Below, one piece after another: positions 36,314-48,722 of a stretch of 64,000 nucleotides of DNA (position 1 is its first letter; every line of letters starts with the position of its first letter). The notes under the pieces were generated by a model, which did not search any database, was not told where the DNA came from, and was given only the letters and a program-made list of their open reading frames with translations. This DNA comes from Vicugna vicugna (taxonomy: Eukaryota). The stretch spans positions 1,242,001 through 1,306,000 of the forward strand of contig MU061538.1 in assembly GCA_013265495.1 (NCBI GenBank). Reading direction: 5' to 3'. Both the position numbers and the translations under genes were made by a program.

Positions 36314-36706
36314 GTAAGTACAGTTATGAAAACATGTAATGATAGAAAGTGACCAGGACCTCCTTAAGTTGGCCATTCAGGGAAGATCTTCCTAAAGAGA
36401 TGACTTTTTTTTTAAAGAAAAATTTTAATTTAAAAAAAGGCAGAAGAAATAATTTGAACAGAAATGACAATGATTCATATCCTTGATATGTAAAGAGTGT
36501 CTTAAAATCAGAAAGATAAATAAGGTTTCCAGATGAGAAGAACACAGAAACCCCCATGTTCAAATGGGGAAGGGGTAAATGAGGGTGCCTGGGTTGCTCT
36601 TGCTGCTGGTGATGACTGATGGTCAGAAAACAGAACATCCTGTTTTCTGGGGCACAACCTGCAAGTCCAGTGTTAGGCCTATGAACCTTCCCAAAGAGGT
36701 GACTTT

Positions 36707-37212
36707 TTCTTATTGAAGTCTAGTTGGTTACAGTGTGTCTGTTTCTGGTGCACAGCATCATGTCTCAGTCATACCGATAAACACATACTTTCCTTTTCAG
36801 ATTCTTTTTCATTATAGATAACTACAACGTATCGAGTATAGTTTCCTGTGCGATACAGAAGATCCTTGTTGTGTATCTATTTTATATATAGTCATTAATA
36901 TCTGTTAATCTCAAACTCCCAACTTATCTCTTCCCACCCCTTTAACTCCTGGTAACCATAAGTTTGTTTTCTGTGTGTGAGTCTGTTTCTGTTTTGTAAA
37001 TAAATTCAGTTGACTTTTTTTTTTAGAATCCACATATGAGTCATATCACATGGTATTTTTTTTTTCTCTTGCTGGCTTACTTCACTTAGTGTGATAATCT
37101 CTAGGCCCATCCTTGTTGCTACAAATGGCATTGGTTTATTCTTTTTATGGCTGAGTAGTATTCCGTTGTGTATATGTGTGTGTGTGTGTGTATACACACA
37201 CACACCACAACT
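36707..37212 (-). mobile_element. 5'-truncated L1 with TSD
   Basis: L1 3' UTR; TSD cccaaagaggtgacttt (36690-36706) / cctaaggaggtgacttt (37213-37229). Confidence 0.9.
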
Positions 37213-37306
37213 CCTAAGGAGGTGACTTTCAGGTTGACATCTAAGGACAGGAACCTCAGTCATGAGGTGAATCTTTCTCTCGTCTGTGTGATGGGTTCTT
37301 TCCTAC

Positions 37307-37772
37307 CTCTGAGCCCAGCCTCTCCTTCTGGTCACCGCCATTCCATTCCTTCTGTTTTCGCCATCTGAAGAGCCTTCTCTCTTTCTTCGTGCTTCCTGAT
37401 TCAGTCCTGCCTGTGGGAGCCTGGGCTCAGGATTAGCTCTAAAACCAGCATCTTTCGAAGTTAGGTGCACCTGGCTCCTGTGAGCAGCTGTTTGTGGCTT
37501 GCATGTCGGCAGGTCCTCCCAGCTGTTCTTGAGTCCACTGACAGTCCTGCTTCCGTCACCATCCAAGCTAATGAGTTCAGGCCATGGGCCACCTGTTGGG
37601 CCTGTGGAACTTGTCAGGGGCAGGTGCTGCTGCAGGCGGGCCTTGGGGTGAAGACAGTGGGCGAGGGGAGGAGGGAAGGCAGCGTGATTCGGGGAGGACA
37701 CACGTCTCCATTTCCTGGGACAGGCAGGTGATCAGCCTGGCCAGCTCCTTCTTCATGGTTCTGATCAATCAT
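37307..37772 (-). pseudogene. Candidate decayed exon
   Basis: Acceptor gcttttaag|, donor AG|gtagga; frames RTMKKELARLITCLSQEMETC... and the 132-aa ORF 37303-37701. Confidence 0.45.
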
Positions 37773-38160
37773 CTTAAAAGCCTCCTGGAATTACTAAATT
37801 CACGAGGACTCTCCCACGGTTATTGTGAACGTGCAGAAGAACCTCCCTGCCATTCACCTGCTCACCCCTGTGGAGTGTGAGGGATGGGGGCTGCCCCGAG
37901 GACAGGGTTGGGTGGACTCCCTGCCATGTGGTCCTCACTGTGTAGAAAGGACGGTGATGGCACACATACGCTCATGGTCATGGTGAAATGGGAGAAGCTC
38001 ATCTCTCCACCGTGTAATAGGTGTTCGCAGGAAACATTCATTTGAAATTTATTCCTTCCTAAAAGCTTTGGGGGACTTGTGGGGGGAATCCCTGAAATAG
38101 ACCCATTTTGGGGGCAGTAACTTGACCTCTGAGCCAGCCTCCTTTCTCTGAGCCTCTTAC

Positions 38161-38361
38161 CTGTCCAGGTGCTTTGCACACAGACACGTTTGTTTGATAT
38201 GGTCTGGCCACCATGGCCCCAGTGGATTGGACCGAGGTGGACGCTGGCCAGGGCTCAGTTGTCATGTTCTCCAAGAGATTTGAAATTAAAGCCACTCCCC
38301 CCAAATCTAGTTGTCTGCTTCGGTCTGGACGTGGAGGAAGATCTCATGAGCTGTAGGACAG
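38161..38361 (-). pseudogene. Exon with near-perfect splice sites, 201 nt, phase 1-1
   Basis: ~30-nt polypyrimidine tract plus cag|; donor CAG|gtaaga; one TGA in the phase-1 frame. Confidence 0.6.
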
Positions 38362-39499
38362 CTGAGAAGAGGAGGGGAGAGAAGGGGAGGGCGGGGACAG
38401 GGCGTCAGAGAAGGTGTGCGCCCCGCTGTCCTGCCTTCTGCCGCGGGCTCTGACTTTGTGCCGGGAGAGCGGAGAACCACGTTGTCTGAATGGAAGGTGC
38501 TCTTTTCAGAAGAAAGGGTTCCTGCCGGGTGGTGGTACCTGTGGACGCATTCAGTTAACGTTCACCTGAAAGGGCAACCTGTGATTCCCGTGAGCTTCGG
38601 TTGGGTTTAATGTTTTTCTGTCTTCTAATGGACAGTAATTGAAATGGATTTATTATCCGAATTATTCCTTCGTTCAGGATATCACTTAGAAACATGGGAC
38701 CATAAAATGAGCGCAGTCAGAAAGCAGTCTGCAGGAGCAGGTGCAGGGCGCGGCGGGGTGCCTCCAGCCCGAGTCTCCCCTGTGGAATATCAAGTAGGTT
38801 TTCAAAGTTGGACAATTCATTACATTATAAATTGGGTTTAATATTGTTCTTTACCCAATTTTGAAAAATTGTCAGGAGAAGATATGTCTGATTTTCCAGG
38901 CAGTTTCAGACGCAGGTTCCTTCACGGGGCAGTGGATGTCCCCTCCCTTCTAGCCCGGGGCACACACGTCGGGTCTTCCTTCCTCGTGCTCCGTCACTGG
39001 GGGCCCGCCCTGCTGGCATGAGTCCCCGCCCAGCTCTCGCTGCCACGTGTCCCCTCCTGGAGCCGCCTCCCAGCAGGGTCGGGAGAGGGGCTGGGCGGAC
39101 GGTGCGCCCCCTCCTCTGGCTTCTTCAGCCCCCAGCCCACCTCTCCCCACCCCCGTTCCCAGGGCTGTGAGAAAGGAGCCAGGAGGCTCACTGCAGTGCG
39201 CTTCCCTGAGATGTAGGTAAGCCTTGTTCTGGTTCTTCGTTCGATGCTTGATAAGTGCGGACGGACGCGCCCTTCGAGGGCCGTGAGTCCCAGGGATGCA
39301 ACAGGCACACGCTGGAGTCCCTCGCTGGAGCCTCCCATCCAGGGGAAGATACAAACCACACGTCACGATGAGATCCCTGCCGCGGGGGTGGGGGGCAGGG
39401 CCAAGAGCAGGAGCGGCCCGAAGTGGGGGGCTCCCAGGGCCTCGGGCTGGGGCGTAGAGGATGCAGCGTTGCCAAAACGGAAGCTGAGTGAGCTTCTGA

Positions 39500-41230
39500 G
39501 GTGAAGGCTGGGGTTTCAGCAAGGCAGAGGCGTGGAGGCACACTTGTGAATGGGGGGCGGGTGTGTGTGTCCCCAGATCAAGCAGCTGAGAGCTGCCGCA
39601 GAGCACAGGGTAAGACGGGCGGGGCCGGGTGCTGGGGGCTCTCGCGCCCGCAAAGGAGCTCGGACTGTCTGGGGAGCTGTGGGAATTCAGTGCGCGTCGC
39701 CGCGCCCGGGCTAACGGGGTTGCCGAGGGATCCTGCCCGCTGGCGCTCTCCCAGCCCAGACGGCATCGTGATTCCTTCGGGTTCAGAATCTAACTTGAGA
39801 CAGTTCTGAGTCTCAGGGACCAGATGACCCTAAATAAACTCGCGAGACACGTGCGTAGGACCGGAGTGTCGCTTAATTTACAATGCAAAGCAGCAGCTAG
39901 GGGTCTGAGAGTGCAAAAACGTCCACGCGCAGAGCACGCTTTCTCCCCGTGGACCTCCTACAGAGTCGTGGGCGGAGGGGGCCTGTCTCCGGGGACGTCA
40001 CGGGCACCGCCTGGGGAGGTCGTGTCACCGGGGTGAGAGCCGGAAGTCCGTGTTCTGTAACCCAGCACGCAGCTCACCTCGCGGCGCCTTGGCCAAGAGG
40101 CCTGGGATCCTCAAAGCGCTCTCCGCCCGGGGCAGTGCCGGCTGGGGCTGGCTCGAAGTGAACGTCCCCCTTTCGTTTGGGTTTCACTGTCACTCAAGAC
40201 GTAGACTCCCGGGTCCTTCTTCGAGACACGCGGGTCCGTCCTGTGAGGCTCCGTCCAGCTGGTTAGCCCGGGAGCCGTCCCCTCTCCTCCAGGGGCCGTC
40301 AGTTGCTCAAGGAGGCGCTAATCTGGGCGGCGCAGACCGGACGGGAATGGACGGAGCGGCCCTCACCCCTCTCGGCCGAGGCCCGCCTTCCCGGGACGTC
40401 CGGGTGTGAGGTGGATCCAGCTGAAGTCTGTTGCTGGGCCTTCATTTTCGGCCGGTTGTGGCTCTTGACGGACGGTCAGGTTGGACCCAGAGCAAGCCAC
40501 GCGCGTAGTGGAGCGGGTCTAAGGCGGCGCTCGCGGCCTGCCCGAGGCTTCTGCGCCGGAAGCGGGGCGTGGCTCCCACCAGCTCCTCTGCTCCCGTCGG
40601 AGAAGCGAGAGTCTCGTTATTTTGGTGACGACTTTACTTCATTTAAGACTGAAAACGGCAAGAGCGATACCTGAACACGCCCCTCCGAGCCAGCCGCGCC
40701 AGCCTGTCCGGTGCTACCCAGGTTCCTGGCCGGGTCCGAAACACAAGTGCTGTCGCCTCTGGCTCTGCTTCTCAAGGAAGACAGTCACGTTCTGTGGGAA
40801 ACACCCTCATGCCCTGGCGGGCGCTGCTCAGCTGGGTTCCCAGGCGTAGGGGACCCGAGGCGGCACCTGGCTGGTGACCGACGCGGTGGTGGTGCCTGCG
40901 CTGTGGGATTCCGGAACGCTCCGACGAGAAATTCACGATGCCGTGGTTTTGTTCGCTTCCCCGGTGCTCTTTAGAACGCTTTCCTTCCTGCTCCTTTTCC
41001 TCCTCCCTCCCTCGCCGCTGCCTCAGTGCCGCTGCCGCCTCGGCCTGCCTCCTCGCAGCCCCCTAGGCAGGCGGCGGCCGGCCTGGGCGATGCCCGCGCC
41101 GGCAGGTGTGCCCGCAGGGTGGCCGCAAGGGGGTCGGCAGGACCGGGCGGCGGGGCTGCCGCTCAGTTTAACACGTCTTGCAGCTGCGTTTCATCAGGCG
41201 CTGACGTGGGGAGGGCAGGGGCTTGCGTGT
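39500..41230. promoter_or_regulatory. CpG island (overlaps candidate exon 40078-40670 on minus)
   Basis: High CpG/GC; ETS-like CCGGAAG at ~40040 and ~40556; minus donor GAG|gtgagc at 40076-40077. Confidence 0.65.
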
Positions 41231-41285
41231 ACTCATGCGTATCTTTAAATCTGCAACTGAAACTGTGCATTACAAATTAATGTCT

Positions 41286-41430
41286 GGGGTGGGTAGAGCT
41301 CAGGGGTAGAACGTGTGCTCAGTGTGCACGAGGTCCTGGCTTCCGTCCCCAGTGCCTCCGTTAAAAAATAAATAAAATAAAGATAGATAAAGCTAATTAA
41401 CCTCCCCCAACAAAAAATAAAAAATATACG
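41286..41430 (+). mobile_element. tRNA-derived SINE (vic-1-like)
   Basis: ggggtgggtagagctcaggggtagaacg...gaggtcctgg plus A-rich tail. Confidence 0.85.
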
Positions 41431-41559
41431 CTCAAATTAAAAAATTCAGATAACAGAGACAGCTTTAAAGGAAAAAGGAGACGTCACCCAGATGTGCTGT
41501 CCGTTAATAATCACCACTAGTGTCTTGGTAAAAGCCCTTCCAGGTGAAACTGTTTTTGC

Positions 41560-42800
41560 TGTGAAAACATACAAAGTCGCTCTCAAAGAAAGCAAAGCTT
41601 ATTTATACCGGGTATATTAGTTCATAACCTTTTGAAATATCATGTTCTCTTTTGAACATATTTCTAATTGAATAAATACACTGACGCCTGCCAACCAGTC
41701 CTTCCGCTGTGTGAATGTAGTGGATGGACACTAACGTATTTAACTACCTTGTTTTAATATTGATTAATTTAATGATATCTTTTGTCATTCACTTTGTTTC
41801 CTTTTGGTTTTGGAAATAGAAGCGACCTTGTGATGGACAGTCTCGGACACTCAGCACGTCTGCTTCTCAGGTCAGTAGGCCTGAACAGCCGTGTTCATAT
41901 CCACACTCTTCATCCTACAGAGAAACGTGGTCACTGTCAAAGGTTGCACAAATTTAAAAAAACGGGCAAACATTGTTAAACTTCCCTGCAGAAAGCCTGT
42001 CTCGATTTGCATGTATTTCAACAACATGTAAGAATGCCTGTTTCTTCAAAGTCTTTCCCACTTTAGGCGTTATTTTATAAAACAAAGTTTTATAGGAAGG
42101 CTTTGAATTACAAACTCAATTTCTTTCTTTTGTCTCTGTACATTTTTCATTTCTTCTTCAGTTGGCTGTTTGTGTGCTTCGTGGAATTCATTTTTGCTTA
42201 AATTGTTAAATCGTTCTCATAAAGTAGTTCATAGTATTTCCCTATTATCTTTTTGATATCTGTTATCTTTATGGTCTCACCTCCTTCCATCTTTAGTCTA
42301 CCTGTAATTTATTTTAATGAAAATTGTGAGATGTAGATCCGATATACAGATATATATAAATACTGCAAATACCCATAAAATTGTTGTAAGAACAATTTCT
42401 TGAATAGGTCACCTTTGCTACAGTGATTTAAAGAACTTCTTTAATTGTGTATTTAATTCCCATATGTACTAGGATCAACTGTTTGTTTTGTTCCATTGAT
42501 GCATGTAACAGCTTCATTTCTTCCACCTGCTCTAGGCTGTTGTGATTACTGGCTGCATTTTTTATTATCAGGTACCACACGCTTCCCTGATTTCTCTTTC
42601 TGTGCGTATGTGTGAGATTCCTGGTAAACTGTGAAATCAAGTTTTCACGTTCCTAAAATCATCTCATTAAGATTCAGATGGAAATTATGTTATTAATTTT
42701 GGAAGAACTAATGTTTCACAATGTCAAATTTTCCCATTCAGGAACAAAAAGTGTGCATTCTCTTATTTCAGTCTTCTTTTCTATCCCTGCGTGGCATTTA
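41560..42800 (-). mobile_element. Highly diverged L1 fragments
   Basis: Degenerate antisense L1 3' UTR/ORF2 text. Confidence 0.55.
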
Positions 42801-42859
42801 CTATTTGCTGTGTAATGGAATTCCTCAAGTGGTGGGTAGGGGTGTCACCAGAGCTTAAC

Positions 42860-43140
42860 TGTGTGTGTATGTGTGTGTATGTACGTGTGTGTGGTGCTTG
42901 TGTGTATGTGGTGTTTGTGTGTGTGTACATGTGTGTAGTGTGTATGTATGTGTATGTACATGTGAGTGATGCGCACGCATATTTTTATGTATGTGTGTGC
43001 ATGCGTGGTGCGTGTGTGTATGTACACGTGTGTGGTGCATGCGTGTATGCACATGTCTGTGGTGCGTGTGTGTACATGTGTGGTGTGTGTGTGTACACAA
43101 GCACATGTGTGTATGTGTATGTGTGTATGGTGTGTCTGTG
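42860..43140. repeat. TG-rich imperfect microsatellite
   Basis: Seen directly. Confidence 0.95.
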
Positions 43141-43576
43141 TAGGCAAAAGATGTTGCTAGTTGATTTTCTTTATGGATAGATGCAGATTAGAAGAAATTC
43201 TTTTCCTTCTATAAATCAGTATCTCTTAGTTACACCCCTGCCTTGGCAAGATTGGCTATCAGGACCTGAGCTTGACATATTAATTCAGCTCCTTCCATTG
43301 GAATGTGGAGTTTGGGAAGGGGTTTGCTATTTGCAGGAGTCCAGGATCCTCTGGGGGGAGACAGCATCTCGACCTTTTCTTTCCTGGATTTGGAGCAAGG
43401 GGGACCTGTCTAGGCTTAAGAGGTGGGCACCCAAGCTGATTCTGGGCCTCTCAGGTCCCTGCAGTTGGTTTGTCCTGGTGGCAGGAAGAGGGGAGAATGG
43501 CACACGAACCTGGCAGGGTCCTGGGAGGAAGTGGTGAGGAACGTGGTTGCGAGTCTGCGAAGGGATGAATCTCGCC

Positions 43577-43603
43577 GCCCAGCCCAGCCCAGCCCAGCCC
43601 AGC
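43577..43603. repeat. (GCCCA)5 pentamer repeat
   Basis: Seen directly. Confidence 0.9.
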
Positions 43604-43779
43604 TCCTTAAGCACACCTGCCTCCTTGGGAAGGGGTGTGCTTTGTGGGATCACAGAGTTGGTCTGCTGGTGCCCCGAGTGGGCTCTGCCAGCCTTGCCCC
43701 GTCCTTCTGTCTTGCAGATGCTGGAAAGCTGTGCTGCGTTTCGAAGGCACTCAGGCAGTGGGTGTGGCTGTGCGGCCAG

Positions 43780-44300
43780 GTCGGGCGATGGAGGGGTACA
43801 GACGTAAGAGCGTCCTCTCCCTGGACTCTCTCTTCACCGCCTGCTGGCCAGAAAGTGGAGCGACTGTGTTCATGGACACAGAAGTGGTCGTGTGTGAGCT
43901 CAGCAGAGCTGATGGGCCAGCCTGGGCCCTTGAGTGACATCATGCTGAAGTCCTCCACACACTGACTGTGTCTGAATCGTGACATGAGAGAAAAATAAGC
44001 TGCTATCTTACTTATCCCACTGTATTTTTGGGTCTCCTTGGCCCTCGTCAGAAATCTGAGCCTGCAAGTGGGGTTCTGCTATAACAAAACCCCAAAAAAT
44101 GTGTGCGTTGGCTTAGTGGTGAGGTAGCAGGTGTGAAGAAACAGACAGTGTGGTGCCCTGCATAGGTCATGGGAAGACACGTTTTTGCCTGTGATAGCCT
44201 GGAACCCGGGAGACTGACTGTGGGCTCGTGGAGCCTGTAACTCCAGGGGAGGCAGCCTAGGAAGAAATAAACTGGTGAGTGCTGGTCCTTCCTTCCTACT
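43780..44300 (+). mobile_element. MLT1-type MaLR LTR plus start of the internal region
   Basis: catgagagaaaaataag...ccactgtatttttgggtctc followed by gtggggttctgctataacaaaacc...aaatgtg. Confidence 0.65.
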
Positions 44301-44399
44301 CCCAGCCCAACACTGGGAGAGCAGGCAGAGCTCAGGCTGGTGTACATGTAGGTGCAGAAGGAACGAGGGGCCTTTGGGGCCTGAAAGCAGATAGTTTGC

Positions 44400-46150
44400 T
44401 TGTTTTTTTAAAAACTGATTTGTCGACTTTTAAGAAAGGTAATGTGGTTTTTAATCTTCTGCTGGTTTTGCGGATTGCAGAAGTCTTCTTTCAGGCTGTG
44501 ACCTGTTTAGCGCTCCTCTGCTGCGCTCCAGACTTTCCCCAGGAAGCATGGTGCTTCCTGAGGGACCCCACCCCTCCAGCTGTCCTCGGCTCCGTGGGCT
44601 GGTCATGTCTTTCATCCGTTTTAGGAAATTGTGAGTCGTTGTCTGTTCAGACGGTGTTTTTCCTGCATTACACCTGCCCTTTCTTTCTGGGACTCCAGTT
44701 ACACGTATGTTAGACCTTCCCCCGGAAGTCCCACGAGTCTCCCCGGCTCTTTCCTGTATTCTCTCTCTTTCTGACTGTGCTCTGTTTGGACCCTTCCATT
44801 TGACCTGGCTTCTAGTTCATGGGGCTTTTCTTATGTCACGTGTCATCTCCTGTTACGCTCATCCTTGGAGTTCTTAATTTCAGTTACTGTATATTTCAGT
44901 TCTAAAATTTCCGTTTGGTTCCTTTCAGTAGACTTCAGATCTCTGGTGAGACTGTTCTTTTTCTTCATTCTCTCCATCATTTCCTTGAACATGTTCTTTA
45001 CTACTTCAGGTTCTTTATCTGATAATCTCAGTATTTCCATCCAGTGTGGGTCTGTTACTGTTGGCTTGTTTTCCTTGATTTTTGGTCAGACGGCTCTGTC
45101 TTTTTACAAGTGAGTAATTGTTTTCACGACTGCTGCACATTGTGTGAATGACTGTGGAACCTCTGATGCTGTCTTGCCCCGGACAGGGGTTCCTTTCTTT
45201 GCTGGGAAGTCAGGGGGGTGTGGTGGCCTTTATGTGGCTGTGGGATGACTGACTGGAGGCTGGGCTGCAAGTCTCGTCTCCCAGATGTCTCGGCTGGAAG
45301 CCCGCAGTGATCACCGGGGTCCTTCCCCTGCCCAGCCTCATCTCCAGCCCGTGACTTCTTAGTTATTGGCTTAATATTCACTGTTGTGTCCTGGGATGTT
45401 CTTTTTGGCTTAGGGCTTCCCACCTTCCTGGCTTCAAAAGCCAGCAAACACCCGGAGGAGAAAACTGGTGGGCTGCCAGGGCCAGTTTTTAGCCCTTCTT
45501 TTCGCCCTGGGGTCCTGGCCACTCACGCCTCTGGTTTCTAGCTCTCTGTCCTTGTGAGGCTGCCGGAACCGGGGTGGGCGACCCTGCCCCTTCCCGGGGC
45601 CCTTTGTGTGGGCCCACGGTCTTGCTCGTACCAGAGCCGGCCAACACCTCGATGGGGAAGGTGGCACGTGTCGACCCCCCTCTCCCTGGGACTCCCTTCC
45701 CCACTGTCTTGTTCCTGGTTGCCTCAGCACTCTCCAGTGCTTTCAAACGGAATTGGTGGGGTATTTTTTCCAGATTTTCTGTTCTTGGCAGAAACGTTGG
45801 TTTGCCACCAACTCCTGCCTTCACCATAGCCGGGAGGGAAGCGTGCCGTGGGTTGTTCCCTTTTTCCGGTGGGGGTATGGGGATAGAGTTAAGGACATTC
45901 CTTTCCATTTTCTCTATTGTTTAAACACAGGAATGATTGTTAATTTTATGCAATAATTTTTCAGAACCCACTGAGGTGACTATATGGCTTTTCTTCTTTA
46001 ATCTGTTAGGCTAATGGGGAGATTACCTGATTAGAGATTCTGGTGCTGCACCATTTTATGTCCTTAAGCTAAACCTTCCTCTGCCATGATAACTTATCTT
46101 TATACGCTGCCGATTTGCTAATATTTTATTTGGAATTTTTACATTTATGA
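44400..46150 (-). mobile_element. Old L1 ORF1/5' region and ORF2 fragments
   Basis: Minus translation KSTERNQTEILELKYTVTEIKNSKDE resembles the L1 ORF1 coiled coil. Confidence 0.7.
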
Positions 46151-46857
46151 TCAAAAGGAGGAAGGGAGTCGGCTGGTCTCTGGCTGTGTTGTTAATGTTC
46201 TGTGGGCCATGTTGCGGGAACCAGACACTCCGATCCTCGCCCGTGGGAGCCCTCTCTGCTCCGCTGCCTCAGGGACGCTGAGTCACCGTTGGCCGGCTGT
46301 TCCAGACCTGGCTCCTGGCAAGCCTGCGGCTGCATCCTGCTCGCAGCTTCCATTTGTGTGTCTCCCTGGGTGCACAGAGCTGTTTGGCCCGCTTTGAGCT
46401 TCAGCGTGCCTTGTTTGTGTTTGTTTGTTTGCTTGCTTGCTTGTTTGATTTTGTCCACGATGTTCAGGTTGGGGCTGAGAAGCTTCCTCAAAAGCTGGCT
46501 GCTGTGTGCCTCGCGTGGAAACCTCTGCGGATGTTTATTTGTTGTTCTCAGCATTTTAGCATTTGAGACACAGAGGAGGGGTTTCAAGACAGACAGAAGG
46601 GCACTTGGACGCCTTCCTGAGCCACTTGAAAGCTAATTTCAGGCTTTATGTCACTTCTCCCCTTAATTCATCAGCATGTATCTCCAAGAGGGTCTTTAGA
46701 GCTTTGAAATGACCCGACCTTCGATGGGTGACAGGTATCATTTTGTAGCCACGCCCCCCGGTTGTCCTTAGCATCTGTAACTGCTTTCTGACGGTTCACA
46801 GGATGGCAGTTACAGCAGAGGGGACAGTCCCAAGGCGACAGTGAGGCCAACACTCAC

Positions 46858-47519
46858 GGTGTTTCCTGCCACCGTCTGCTAACAACCGACCAGACCCATA
46901 TCGCTCAATTTCCTTCCCCAGGGACACTGTGTGTATTTTATTTGTTCCTCTTCAGCTAACACTTAAATATTTTAAATTGTTAAACTGCGTCAATATGGTA
47001 TTTTCTCTGCCCAGACTCTGACATTAGTAGACCCTTCAAGTCCTCTCGCCACGTTGCATGGATACTGGATAACAGAGCACGAAGTCTGCAACAACGTGCA
47101 GGGATAAACGTGTCGCAGTGCTGGGAGAGGAAACAAGACTCCAGTCCCAGCAAATTGAAGATACTTTCACACCCAGATTGTCAACTGAGTTATTTCCAAG
47201 TTTCTCACATGTAGGTTCTTACTCTAACATTCTTTATAAAGAGATAATTTGTAATTTTTTGGTTCGGATTACAGATATGCTTGACTGCTTATTTTCATTT
47301 TGAATGTGTGTTTGAGAAGAGACGTTGCAGGAAATTTGCACTCGTGTCATGTGTCTTTTCCAGCGTTGGGTGTAGTGAGAAGTAACTGTGTGGACCCCTC
47401 ATCACACATGTGCCCACGTTACCTGGGCAGTGAATGTGCGTGGGCCTGAGTTCAAGGGTTCTGGGAGGTTGTTGAACCCACTCCAAGTCTTGTCCAGAGG
47501 GAGTCACAACAAATAGTTA
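46858..47519 (-). pseudogene. Candidate decayed exon
   Basis: Acceptor ttaatttaatttag|, donor CC|gtgagt; includes ORF 47295-47507. Confidence 0.4.
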
Positions 47520-47649
47520 CTAAATTAAATTAAGGCAGTGGATTCCAGGGCTGGGTCGGAGTGTTTACTCTGTATGGGAGAATGGAGTGTGGACTGAAGT
47601 TGCCACCTTTCCTCTTGTGTGTTGGCCTGACGGACAGCGTTCTTGCCCG

Positions 47650-48035
47650 CGTCTTTGCTTCTCTTTCTAGCACGTGGCTCATCACCTGACTTGCAGTGCC
47701 CGTCCCCGCCCCCACTGAAGGGACGCTGTTGCTCCCCGCACTTGACTCTGGGTTTGGACGTGTGATTGTGTGATGCTGCGGCTCCAAGCCTGTGCCCGGA
47801 GGCCCGTGTGTCTCAGCGCCTGCCCTGCAGCATCAGGAACTTGGTGGGTCCGCCGGCTGTTTCTGGACAGAGACAAGGGGCGCAGAGCTGAGCCGCTCAG
47901 CTGGACCCAGCCTTCATCAGCCGACCCCTCGCTGACCTTCAGATGTTTGAGCCAAACACGCGCTTGCTCTTTGCTCCCAAAGTTCATGGTTATTCATTAC
48001 GGGGCATCATGGGTAATCGTGACAGCTGTCAGTGA
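47650..48035 (+). mobile_element. MLT1-type MaLR LTR (diverged)
   Basis: ggggcgcagagctgagcc...cccagccttcatcagccgaccc...gaccttcagatg. Confidence 0.55.
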
Positions 48036-48520
48036 TTGAGTCAGGCCTGAGTCTCAACTCAACGTGACACAAAATCCTGTGTTAACAACGAATCAAATGA
48101 TCCAAGGGTTGTCAGTATGAAAGTGCGCCTAGGGTTGACTTCAGACGTCAGGCCTCCTTTTTACAGGCGAGGGGACAGCACGGTGAGTGGATACTGGCGG
48201 GGCTGCGGCAGGGACCCCGGGCTCCCAGCTCTTGGTCCAATGCTCTTTTTTGTACATCCAGGCATCCTTGCGTAATGAAGAAAGCTGTGAGACCCCACAC
48301 TTGTGTGCCGTGTATGCGAAATGGAAAGTCAGACGCCTCCTCCCCTGCGCGGTTCATTCAGGCACAGAGGCCCTCGCAGCATTTTAAAGCAGTTTTAGTG
48401 CTTGAATTGGATCACACTGGCTCAGTGCTGATTCATCAGGCCCCAGGTTTCCACTGCGAGATGGCAGGGCTGCTGGTATCGCGTGTGCTCATAGGCACAA
48501 GATGTCACTGTTGTGCTTAC

Positions 48521-48722
48521 TGTGCAGATAACATTCTTGTTGAAATTTTAATGCCTTTAATGGTCTGCCTTTTTAGCCCAGAGTGAACTAATCAGACAGC
48601 CTGTGCTGGGGCATAAATCACAGCATATTCCTGGGGAACCTCAGGTGAAATAAATCAAGGAATTTTTTTTTCAATCAGCTCTTCAATCATTCTTTTTTGT
48701 CACATAGGAAATACGGTCCTTG
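48521..48722 (-). pseudogene. Decayed exon, 202 nt
   Basis: Donor CA|gtaagc; RTVFPM*QKRMIEELIEKKIP*FISPEVPQEYAVIYAPAQAV*LVHSGLKRQTIKGIKISTRMLSA with three TGA stops. Confidence 0.55.

Noticed and set aside
42791..43180. Cys/Val- and His/Thr-rich ORFs
   Set aside because: Translation of a TG microsatellite.
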